Below, one piece after another: positions 26,606 through 37,200 of a stretch of DNA of 64,000 nt. Both the position numbers and the translations under genes were made by a program. Below the pieces are notes generated by a model, which did not search any database, was not told where the DNA came from, and saw only the letters and a list, made by a program, of their open reading frames with translations. The DNA comes from an uncultured Burkholderiales bacterium (GTDB lineage Bacteria > Pseudomonadota > Gammaproteobacteria > Burkholderiales > Burkholderiaceae_C): assembly GCA_902825995.1 (NCBI GenBank), contig CADEDE010000004.1, forward strand, positions 3,977 to 67,976. Reading direction: 5' to 3'. Every line of letters starts with the position of its first letter. Position 1 is the first letter of the stretch.

Positions 26606-28389
26606 TCAACCCGTCAATGGCAACACCATCTCGCGCTCGCCGTCATTCACCTTGCCGGTGTAGGCAAACCCAAAGCCTTCGTAGAAAGCCCCCACCGGGT
26701 TCTCGGGCAGGTGCGACAAAGCAATCTGTGCCACGCCCATGCGCCTGGCCTCGCCGATCAACCAGCGCATCGCCGCCTGGCCGTGGCCTTGGCGCTGGTA
26801 ACGCGCATCGATCATCAGGCGCCAGATATAGAGCTGGTCGGCCGGCTCGTCGGGATCGCGGCGCGCATCCCAGAGCAACAGGAAGCCGACGGGCTCGCCG
26901 TTCGAGTACAGGCCCATCGGCCGGCCGGCCGGCTTGTACGCGGCCTGCGCGAGGGACTTTGCATTCGTCGCGACGAAACGCGCCTGCTCGGGCGTGATGC
27001 TCAGCGCGATGAGTGAGTCGACATCGGCGTCGCGCACCGGCCGCACTTCAAAGTGCGGCGGCGCCGCGGCTACCGGCACCGCGCCGAGCCGCATTTCGGC
27101 CGCGCGCGCGTGGGCTTGCAGGCCCTCGCCATAGGCCAGTTCGGCGGCAATCGGACCCAGCGTATTGGCGCCCGCCGCGCTCACCTCGATCAGGCTCGTG
27201 CGCTTTTGAAAGTCATATACGCCCAGCGGCGATGAGAAGCGCGCCGTGCCCGAGGTCGGCAGCACGTGGTTCGGGCCGGCGCAATAGTCGCCCAGGCTTT
27301 CGCTGGTGTAGGCCCCGAGAAAAATCGCGCCGGCATGCTTGAGCAGCGGCTCCCAGCGCTGCGGCTCGGCACTCGACACTTCGAGATGCTCGGGCGCGAT
27401 GCGGTTGCTAAGCGTGCAAGCTTCTTCCATCGAGCGCGTGAGGATCAGCGCGCCGCGGCCTTCGAGCGAGGCGCGGATGATTCCTTCGCGCGGCAGCGTC
27501 GGCAACAGCCGTTCGATGGACTCGCGCACCGCGTCGAGATAGGCTGCATCGGGGCACAGCAGCAGGCTCTGCGCCAGTTCATCGTGCTCGGCCTGCGAAA
27601 ACAAATCCATCGCCACCCAGTCGGGTGGCGTCGTGCCATCGGCAATGACGAGGATTTCGCTGGGGCCGGCGATCATGTCGATGCCGACCTGGCCGAAGAC
27701 ATGCTTCTTCGCGCTGGCCACATAGGCGTTGCCGGGGCCGGTGACCTTGTCCACGCGCGGGATCGTTGCCGTGCCATAGGCCAGCGCGGCGATCGCCTGC
27801 GCGCCGCCGATCGTGAAGGCGCGCGTGATACCGGCCACATGCGCGGCGGCGAGCACGAGGGCATTCTTCTCGCCGCGCGGCGTCGGCACGACCATCACGA
27901 TCTCGCCCACGCCCGCCACTTGAGCTGGCACCGCATTCATCAACAGGCTCGACGGGTACGCCGCCTTGCCGCCCGGCACATAGATGCCCACGCGATCCAG
28001 CGGCGTGACCTTCTGGCCAAGCAGGCTGCCGTCTTCGTCGCGGTAGCGCCACGATCGGCCGCAGGCATCGAGCTGGCGCTCGTGGTAGTTGCGGATTCGC
28101 GCGGCCGCCGCTTGCAGGGCATCGCGCTGCGCGGGGGTGATCGAGCCAAAAGCCGCGCGCATTTCGTCGCGCGTGAGCGTCAGCGCCGCCATCGACGCGG
28201 CCGCCAATGCATCGAAGCGCGCAGTGCACTCGAGCACGGCGGCATCGCCGCGGGTGCGCACGTCGGCGAGGATTTGGACCACGCGCGATTCGATCTCACC
28301 GTCGGCCTGCGCCGACCAATGCCGCAGGCGCGCGAATTCGGCCTCGAAATCGGCGTTGCGGGTGTCGAGGCGGCGCAGCTTCATTTGGC

Positions 28390-28393
<4 letters not shown>
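26606..28393 (-). CDS. hisD: Histidinol dehydrogenase fused to a C-terminal GNAT acetyltransferase domain
   Basis: 595 aa. Residues 1-~436 are HisD ([15 protein letters not shown], ending [10 protein letters not shown]). An 11-aa linker ([11 protein letters not shown]) is followed by a 148-aa GNAT fold ([29 protein letters not shown]). The reading frame is continuous with no stop. Confidence 0.85.
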
Positions 28394-30760
<2,367 letters not shown>

Positions 30761-30826
30761 CGTGGGCGGATTGTAGGTCGTCGGCTGTCGTACATTGCGG
30801 CGCTGCCCCCGAAGAGGATCTTGTCG

Positions 30827-31420
30827 ATGAGTACAACGCAGATTGTCACCTGGGTCGTTCTGGTCACGCTGGCCCTGTGGCTGCTGGCCGCCTACAACCG
30901 CCTGGTGCGCAGCCGCAACGAGATTGCCAACGCCTTTGCGCAGATCGACGTGCAATTGAAGCGCCGCTACGACCTGATTCCGAACCTGGTCGAAGTGGCG
31001 CGCAAATACGTGCAGCACGAACGCGACACACTCGAAGCCGTGATCGCAGCGCGCAACACGGCCAAGAGCGCCGGCGACGCAGCGCGTGCCAAGCCGGCCG
31101 ACGCGGCCCGCATCGGCGCGCTGGCCGGCGCCGAGGGCGCGCTGGCCGGGGCGATGAAGCAGCTGGCCGTCGTCGTCGAGGCCTATCCCGAACTGAAGGC
31201 CGACGCCACGCTGCGCGAATTGAGCGAAGAACTCGGCCACACCGAAAACCGCATTGCCTTCGCGCGCCAGGCCTTCAACGACAGCGTGCTCGACTACAAC
31301 AATGCCGCCCAGCAGGCACCGACCAATATCGTCGCCGGCCTGTTCGGCTTCAAGCAGGCAGCGCTGCTCGAAGCGACCTCGAGCGACGCTGAGCGCAGCG
31401 CGGTCCGCGTCAATCTGTAG
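30827..31420 (+). CDS. lemA: LemA-family protein
   Basis: 197 aa with an N-terminal TM helix, then YNRLVRSRNEIANAFAQIDVQLKRRYDLIPNLVE and YPELKAD. Confidence 0.88.
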   Translation: MSTTQIVTWVVLVTLALWLLAAYNRLVRSRNEIANAFAQIDVQLKRRYDLIPNLVEVARKYVQHERDTLEAVIAARNTAKSAGDAARAKPADAARIGALAGAEGALAGAMKQLAVVVEAYPELKADATLRELSEELGHTENRIAFARQAFNDSVLDYNNAAQQAPTNIVAGLFGFKQAALLEATSSDAERSAVRVNL

Positions 31421-31434
31421 GCGCCACCGGCACG

Positions 31435-33510
31435 ATGCGCTTTCGCCAGCACGAGCGCACGGCCCGGCAATCCACGCTGCGCCTGCTGGCCCTGTTTGCG
31501 CTGGTCGTCCTTGGCCTGCTGGTCGCTGTCAATGCGGTATTGGCGCTGATCTACTGGGCAACATTTCCATTCGCACGCGGCTTCCCGACGCTTTTCTTCG
31601 AGACCAACAGTGCGCTGGTGCTGTTGTTCGTGCTGGGTGGTTGCTGGGTCGAGTCGATGCGCCTGCGCGAGGGCGGCGCGCATGTCGCGCGCCTGGCCGG
31701 CGGGCGCGCGGCGCAGCTGTCCAGTGGCGGCGAACTGGGCCTGCTGGAACGGCGCTTCACCAACATCGTGCAGGAAATGAGCCTGGCCAGCGGCTATCCC
31801 GGCTGGCCGCCCGCCTGGGTGCTGCCCAAGGACGATGCGATCAACGCCTTCGCCGCCGGCTGGGGTGCAGACGACGCGGTGGTCGCCGTCACGCGCGGCG
31901 CACTCGAGCGCCTGACGCGCGCCGAGTTGCAGGGTGTCGTCGCGCACGAGTTCAGCCATCTGGTGCATGGCGATACGCGCCTGAATATGCGCCTGATCGG
32001 CCTGGTCTGGGGCCTGCAGATGATCTGGGGCCTGGGCCTCTCGCTGTGGGAGCCCGACGAGCAGGGCCGCCGCGGCGTCGGCAGCCTGTTCGGCCTGGGC
32101 CTGATGGCGGTCGGCTCGTTGGGCTGGGCCGCGGGGCGCCTGTTGCAGGCCGCGGTGAGCCGGCAGCGCGAATTCCTGGCCGATGCCTCGGCGGTGAAAT
32201 ATACGCGCGTCGTGGATGGCCTGGGCGGCGCGCTGCGCAAGATCGCCGACCAGCAACTGCAGGGCCGCGCCGGGCTGCAAAGCGCGCATACCACGAGCCT
32301 GGCGCACCTGCTCTTGAGCGCCCCCGGACCTGCCGCTTCGCGTCAGCCCCCCCGAGGGGGTCAAGGAAACTTGGGAGCGGCCCGGCGTTTCCTCGAGAGC
32401 GATCGCGGTGCGGGCGCCGGCTGGCGGGCGCTGTGGCACACGCACCCGCCCTTGGCTGAGCGGCTGCGCCGCTTGTACGGGCGCGAAATGTTGCCGCTGG
32501 CGGCGCCGGTGCTCGCGGTCGGTGCTGACGCCATCGAACCGCCGATGCGTCTGGCACCAGGCCCGTTAGCGCACGCCCGCGGGCCCACCGGCGCGAGCCA
32601 GCCCAGCGGCGCGAGCCCCGACGCCGAGCGCCACGACGCGCTGCAAAACCCGGCTTCCTTCGACGCACGGGCGCGCGAACAAGAGGCCCTGGCCCGCATC
32701 GAACATTGGCACGGTCCCGGCGAATGGCAGGCCGCGATGCTCGCGCTGGCACTCGATTTCGATGCACCCGAGGCCACGCTGCGCTGGCTCGAATGGCGCA
32801 ACGCCACCGCCGATCTCGGCGTGGCCGCATCAGTGCAGCGCGAGATCGAGGCCCTCGGCGCCAACGCGCGGCGGCAGGTCTTCACGACGCTGATGCACCG
32901 GGCGCGCAGCGCAACGCCCACGCAACGCCGCATCTTGCGGCTCGCGCTGCGGCAGCGCTGGTCGGCGCTGCCGCCGTCAGCGGCCACGCAATGGCGCGCA
33001 CTCGGGCTTGGGTTGCTGCTGAGCGCCCCCGGACCTGCCGCTTCGCGTCAGGCCCCCCGAGGGGGTCAAGGAAACTTGGGAGCGGCCCGGCGTTTCCTCG
33101 AGAGCGACAAGCGTCGGCCCCTCACGCGTGCCGACACGGCCGCATCACTGGCGCTGCACTCCGATCCCGCGCACGCCGCCACCGGGCTGCTCGCGCGCGC
33201 CCTGGGCGCTACGCCCGCTGCGGCCCAGGCCTGGCACAACGCAGCCACACAGGCGCTGGCCGAACTCGGCGCCGCCGCGCCGCGCGGCCCTGCCGCGGGC
33301 CTGGCGCCGGCCACGCGGCCGCGAAACCTTCATCTTGCCTTGCGCGTGCGCCGCATCGCGCCGATGCAGCGGCCGCTGCTGTTGCGGGCTTGGCTGGGCG
33401 CCGCCGAGCGCGGCGGCCTGTTCAGCCACGCCGGCACCGGCGATGCGCTGCACCTGGCCTGCCTGCTGCTCGAGGTGCCGGTGCCCGAGAGCCTGGTGCC
33501 CAGGCCCTGA
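31435..33510 (+). CDS. M48-family zinc metallopeptidase with a long C-terminal extension
   Basis: 691 aa with N-terminal TM helices, HEFSHLVHGD (HExxH), REFLADASA and THPPLAERLRRL. Adjacent to lemA. Contains two in-frame repeat copies. Confidence 0.8.
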   Translation: MRFRQHERTARQSTLRLLALFALVVLGLLVAVNAVLALIYWATFPFARGFPTLFFETNSALVLLFVLGGCWVESMRLREGGAHVARLAGGRAAQLSSGGELGLLERRFTNIVQEMSLASGYPGWPPAWVLPKDDAINAFAAGWGADDAVVAVTRGALERLTRAELQGVVAHEFSHLVHGDTRLNMRLIGLVWGLQMIWGLGLSLWEPDEQGRRGVGSLFGLGLMAVGSLGWAAGRLLQAAVSRQREFLADASAVKYTRVVDGLGGALRKIADQQLQGRAGLQSAHTTSLAHLLLSAPGPAASRQPPRGGQGNLGAARRFLESDRGAGAGWRALWHTHPPLAERLRRLYGREMLPLAAPVLAVGADAIEPPMRLAPGPLAHARGPTGASQPSGASPDAERHDALQNPASFDARAREQEALARIEHWHGPGEWQAAMLALALDFDAPEATLRWLEWRNATADLGVAASVQREIEALGANARRQVFTTLMHRARSATPTQRRILRLALRQRWSALPPSAATQWRALGLGLLLSAPGPAASRQAPRGGQGNLGAARRFLESDKRRPLTRADTAASLALHSDPAHAATGLLARALGATPAAAQAWHNAATQALAELGAAAPRGPAAGLAPATRPRNLHLALRVRRIAPMQRPLLLRAWLGAAERGGLFSHAGTGDALHLACLLLEVPVPESLVPRP
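32315..32387 (+). repeat. Family-1 element, copy D1 (in frame inside the M48 peptidase gene)
   Basis: TGAGCGCCCCCGGACCTGCCGCTTCGCGTCAGCCCCCCCGAGGGGGTCAAGGAAACTTGGGAGCGGCCCGGCG. Translated within LLLSAPGPAASRQPPRGGQGNLGAARRFLESD. Confidence 0.85.
33020..33092 (+). repeat. Family-1 element, copy D2 (in frame inside the M48 peptidase gene)
   Basis: Near-identical to D1: about 3 mismatches over the ~96 bp shared block 33013-33108 versus 32308-32403. Confidence 0.85.
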
Positions 33511-33556
33511 GCGCACTCAGTGCGAAGGCCCGATCCGCAATGACCGCAGGTTCGCA

Positions 33557-34318
33557 TCAACTCCTGATCTTGTAGCCCGTGGCGAGCAGGCGCAACGCAA
33601 TCGCCGACACCATGATAAAGCTGGCGCCGACCACCCCCAGACTCAGCCACGGCGAGACGTCGCTGGCGCCGAAAAAGCCGCGCCGAAAACCGTCGATCAT
33701 GTAGAAAAACGGGTTCAGGTGCGACAGGCCCTGCCAGAAGCCGGGCAGCGAATGAACCGAATAAAACACGCCCGACAAAAAAGTCATCGGCATGATCAGG
33801 AAATTCTGGAACGCCGCCGTCTGGTCGAACTTCTCGGCCCACAGCCCCGAAATCAGGCCCAGGGTGCCGAGCATGCCGGCCCCGAGCACGGCAAACACGA
33901 CGATCCACCACGGCTCGGCAAATTGTGCCGGCGCAAACCACACCGTGACCGCGAACACGCCCACGCCCACCGCCAGCCCGCGCACCACGCTCGCGCCGAC
34001 ATAGGCCGCGAACCAGGCCCAGTGCGACAAGGGCGAGACCAGCAGAAATACCAGGTTGCCGCTGATCTTGCTCTGGATCAGCGAGCTGCTGGTGTTGGCG
34101 TAGGCGTTCTGCAGCACGCTCATCATCACCAGGCCCGGGATCAGGAAGCTGGTGTAGCCCACGCCAGGGAAGACCTGCACATGGGCTTCGAGCACATGGC
34201 CGAAGATCAGCAGGTAGAGCACGGCGGTGAGCACCGGCGCCGCGACAGTCTGCACGCTGACCTTCCAGAAGCGCAGGATTTCCTTGTTGAACAAGGTGCG
34301 CGCGCCAGCGAGGTTCAT
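33557..34318 (-). CDS. ABC-2 type transporter permease
   Basis: 253 aa from ATG 34318 (MNLAGARTLFNKEILRFWK) with six TM helices. The start overlaps the ATPase stop. Confidence 0.85.
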   Translation of the reverse strand: MNLAGARTLFNKEILRFWKVSVQTVAAPVLTAVLYLLIFGHVLEAHVQVFPGVGYTSFLIPGLVMMSVLQNAYANTSSSLIQSKISGNLVFLLVSPLSHWAWFAAYVGASVVRGLAVGVGVFAVTVWFAPAQFAEPWWIVVFAVLGAGMLGTLGLISGLWAEKFDQTAAFQNFLIMPMTFLSGVFYSVHSLPGFWQGLSHLNPFFYMIDGFRRGFFGASDVSPWLSLGVVGASFIMVSAIALRLLATGYKIRS

Positions 34319-35226
34319 GCAGGTTCCTTCTGCATGATCCCGATGAACACATCTTCGAGATCGGCGCGGCCGATCTCGAGGTCTTCGACCTTCACTCCGG
34401 CCTGGCGCAACTGGCCGAGAATGGTTTCCACCTCGCCCGCGTCGTGCGCCGTCACCTGCGCCACGCGGCCGGTCACGCGCGCATGCCCGGCCACCACGGC
34501 CGGCAGTGCAGCGTCGGTCTTGAAGCGCAGCATCGTGCTCGCGGTGCCGGCGAGCAGGTTGGCCGTGCGGTCCAGCGCCACCACCTTGCCCTGCTTCAAC
34601 ATCGCAATGCGGCCGCACAGGGCCTCGGCTTCTTCGAGATAGTGCGTCGTCAGCAGCACCGTGTGGCCCTGCTTGTTGAGGTTGGCGATGAAACCCCACA
34701 GGGTCTGGCGCAGCTCGACATCGACGCCCGCGGTGGGCTCGTCGAGCACGATCACCGGCGGCCTGTGCACCAGCGCCTGCGCCACCAGCACGCGGCGCTT
34801 CATGCCGCCCGAGAGCTGGCGCATGTTGACGTCGGCCTTGTCGGCCAGGCCCAGGCCAGCGAGCAGTTCGTCGATCCAGGCGTCGTTGCGACGGATGCCG
34901 AAATAGCCGCTCTGGATCGCCAGGCATTCGCGGACCGAGAAGAAAGGGTCGAACACCAGTTCCTGCGGCACGATGCCGAGCGACTTGCGCGCGGCCGCGT
35001 AGTCGGCTACCACGTCGTGGCCCATCACGGCCACGCGGCCGCTGCTGGCGCGCGTGAGGCCGGCCAGGATCGAGATCAGCGTGGTCTTGCCAGCGCCGTT
35101 GGGGCCCAGCAGGCCGAAGAACTCGCCCTGCCCGATCGTGAAGGCCACGCCGTCGAGCGCGCACACGTTGCCGCGGGCGCTCGCATAAATCTTGGCAACA
35201 TGGTCGAATACAACGGCAGCGGGCAT
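34315..35226 (-). CDS. ABC transporter ATP-binding protein
   Basis: 303 aa with Walker A (GPNGAGKTT), signature (LSGGMKRR) and Walker B (VIVLDEPTAG). Confidence 0.9.
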   Translation of the reverse strand: MPAAVVFDHVAKIYASARGNVCALDGVAFTIGQGEFFGLLGPNGAGKTTLISILAGLTRASSGRVAVMGHDVVADYAAARKSLGIVPQELVFDPFFSVRECLAIQSGYFGIRRNDAWIDELLAGLGLADKADVNMRQLSGGMKRRVLVAQALVHRPPVIVLDEPTAGVDVELRQTLWGFIANLNKQGHTVLLTTHYLEEAEALCGRIAMLKQGKVVALDRTANLLAGTASTMLRFKTDAALPAVVAGHARVTGRVAQVTAHDAGEVETILGQLRQAGVKVEDLEIGRADLEDVFIGIMQKEPA

Positions 35227-35301
35227 GGCGGACGATTGTAGGCAGCGCCCCCAGGACGGCGACGAAGCCCACGGCGACGCGGCGCGTGGCATCATGCTTT
35301 C

Positions 35302-35589
35302 ATGAACCACGGCTTCGGTATCGAAACCCCGGGCGAGCGCCACGGCACACTGCGGCCGGTCGCGCGCTACCTGGTGCTGATCGAGGCGGCAGGCGCCACG
35401 CTGGCGCGGCTGTTCCTCGACGACCGCAGCCAGGTAGCCGAGTTCGATGCCGGTACCGAAGAGGTGGCGCTGATGACGCAAGGCCTGGCCCCGACCCTCG
35501 GCGCCGACGGCCCCGAGTGGGACCGTGCGCTCGAAGGCCACAGCACCGACGAACGCCGGGCCGCCGAGGTTTACACCCTGGACGTGTAG
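35302..35589 (+). CDS. Hypothetical small protein
   Basis: 95-aa ORF with high GC3, ending 8 nt before the TetR-family gene. No recognisable motif. Confidence 0.4.
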   Translation: MNHGFGIETPGERHGTLRPVARYLVLIEAAGATLARLFLDDRSQVAEFDAGTEEVALMTQGLAPTLGADGPEWDRALEGHSTDERRAAEVYTLDV

Positions 35590-35597
35590 AAATTCGC

Positions 35598-36266
35598 ATG
35601 CCGACCCTGACGCCCAGGAAGCCGCCACGCCGCACCGCCGAGCGCATTCTCGAAGTCACGCTCGAGTTGTTCAACCGCTTCGGCGAGCCGAATGTGAGCA
35701 CAACCGCGATTTCGGCCGAGATGAAGATCAGCCCCGGCAATCTGTACTACCACTACCCGGCCAAGGACGAGCTGATCAACAGCCTGTTCGGCCGCTACGA
35801 AAAGGCGCTCGACGAACTGCTGCGCGCGGCCGACGACGTGCGCAACGTCGAAGATGCGTGGTTGTTCTTTCACATGCTGTTCGAGTTGATCTGGCAGTAC
35901 CGTTTCCTGTACCGCGACCTGAACGACCTGCTCAGCAAGAACCGCAAGCTCGAAACGCATTTCCAGGGCGTGCTCGAGAACAAGGGCCTCGCAGTGCAGG
36001 CCGTGCTGGGCGGCCTGGCGCGCGGCAGCGCGGTCAAGATCGACGCCCACGAAGCCGAGCCGGTGGCCACCGCGATGGTGGTGGTGCTGACCTACTGGCT
36101 CAGCTACGAATACGTGCGCGACCCGCGCAAGGCCCTCGAGCCCGAGAGCGCCGGCACCGCGCTGGCCCGCGGCGCCTACCACGTGCTGAGCCTGCTGATG
36201 CCTTACCTGGAACCCGCCGAGCGCGACCATCTGCATGCGCTGGTTGCGCCGTACCGCCGCAGCTGA
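35598..36266 (+). CDS. TetR/AcrR-family transcriptional regulator
   Basis: 222 aa with an N-terminal HTH (RILEVTLELFNRFGEPNVSTTAISAEMKISPGNLYYHY). Confidence 0.88.
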   Translation: MPTLTPRKPPRRTAERILEVTLELFNRFGEPNVSTTAISAEMKISPGNLYYHYPAKDELINSLFGRYEKALDELLRAADDVRNVEDAWLFFHMLFELIWQYRFLYRDLNDLLSKNRKLETHFQGVLENKGLAVQAVLGGLARGSAVKIDAHEAEPVATAMVVVLTYWLSYEYVRDPRKALEPESAGTALARGAYHVLSLLMPYLEPAERDHLHALVAPYRRS

Positions 36267-36290
36267 ATCATTCGAACGAGGAGCGACCCG

Positions 36291-37058
36291 ATGGCCCAAT
36301 GGACGTCTTTTCCCTACGACCTGTACGCCTTCGACGCCGGCAAGCTGAAGAAACAGTGGGGTCGCCTGCATGCCGGCGACGTCGAGCCGCTGCCCAAAGA
36401 GGCCAAGGTACTCGACGCCTGGACGCTGTTTCACACCGGCGAATTCCAAAAGGCCTTCGATGCCGGATTGAAAGCCGGCGGCGCCGGCATCACCGTGGCC
36501 AACAAAGCCCAATCGATCTACGCCAACTACCTGGAAAAGAACGAGAAGACCAAGCTCGCGATGTTCCAGGAAGTGATGGCGCGCGCCGAAGCCCAAGCCG
36601 CCGAGGCGCCCAGGAACCCCAACGCGCACTACTGGATGGCCTACGCCATCGGCCGCTACAGCCAGGGCATCAGCGTCGCCAAGGCCTTGTCGCAGGGCCT
36701 GGGCGCCAAGGTGAAAACCGCGCTCGAAACGACCCTCGAGCTGGCCCCCAGGCATGCCGACGCACACATCGCACTCGGCGCCTTCCACGCCGAAGTGATC
36801 GACAAGGTGGGCTCGCTGCTGGGCAAGACCCAGGGCGCGAGCAAGGCCACCGGTCTGGCGCTGTTCCAGCAGGCGCTGAAGCTCACGCCCGGCAGTGCGA
36901 TCGCCATGGTCGAGTACGCCAACGGGCTGGTGATGCTCGAAGGCGACAAGAAGATGGCTGAGGCCGAGCAGCTCTACGCCGACGCCGCGGCCTGCACGCC
37001 GGCCGATGCGATGGAGCGGCTGGATGTGGAAATGGCCAAGGCCGAGTTGGAAACCTGA
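36291..37058 (+). CDS. Conserved hypothetical protein (helical, TPR-like)
   Basis: 255-aa ORF with coding-like GC3 and repeated helical segments. No family recognised. Confidence 0.6.
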   Translation: MAQWTSFPYDLYAFDAGKLKKQWGRLHAGDVEPLPKEAKVLDAWTLFHTGEFQKAFDAGLKAGGAGITVANKAQSIYANYLEKNEKTKLAMFQEVMARAEAQAAEAPRNPNAHYWMAYAIGRYSQGISVAKALSQGLGAKVKTALETTLELAPRHADAHIALGAFHAEVIDKVGSLLGKTQGASKATGLALFQQALKLTPGSAIAMVEYANGLVMLEGDKKMAEAEQLYADAAACTPADAMERLDVEMAKAELET

Positions 37059-37061
37059 TGG

Positions 37062-37166
37062 GTTGACGTACTCGCTGCCGTTGTCGGCGTGGAAACCCAG
37101 GATCGCAAACCGGGACTGCGCCAGCCTCTGCTCGATCACCGGCCGTAGATGCGCCTCGTCGAAAAG
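37062..37166 (-). mobile_element. DDE (rve) integrase/transposase fragment (scar)
   Basis: Minus-strand peptide LFDEAHLRPVIEQRLAQSRFAILGFHADNGSEYVN contains the rve-core motif around the second catalytic D (DNGSEY/F). Only ~35 codons remain, truncated on both sides. It marks the left edge of the metal island. Confidence 0.5.
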
Positions 37167-37200
37167 TCTGCACGGAAGCCACCACCCCCGACTGCGTCCG

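Noticed and set aside
35241-35290. GCGCCCCCAGGACGGCGACGAAGCCCACGGCGACGCGGCG, which resembles the 5' arm of repeat copy B
   Set aside because: It lacks the CCCC(A/G)AGGGGG core and the CTTGGGGCGGCCCGGCG end. The similarity is short and could arise by chance in GC-rich DNA.
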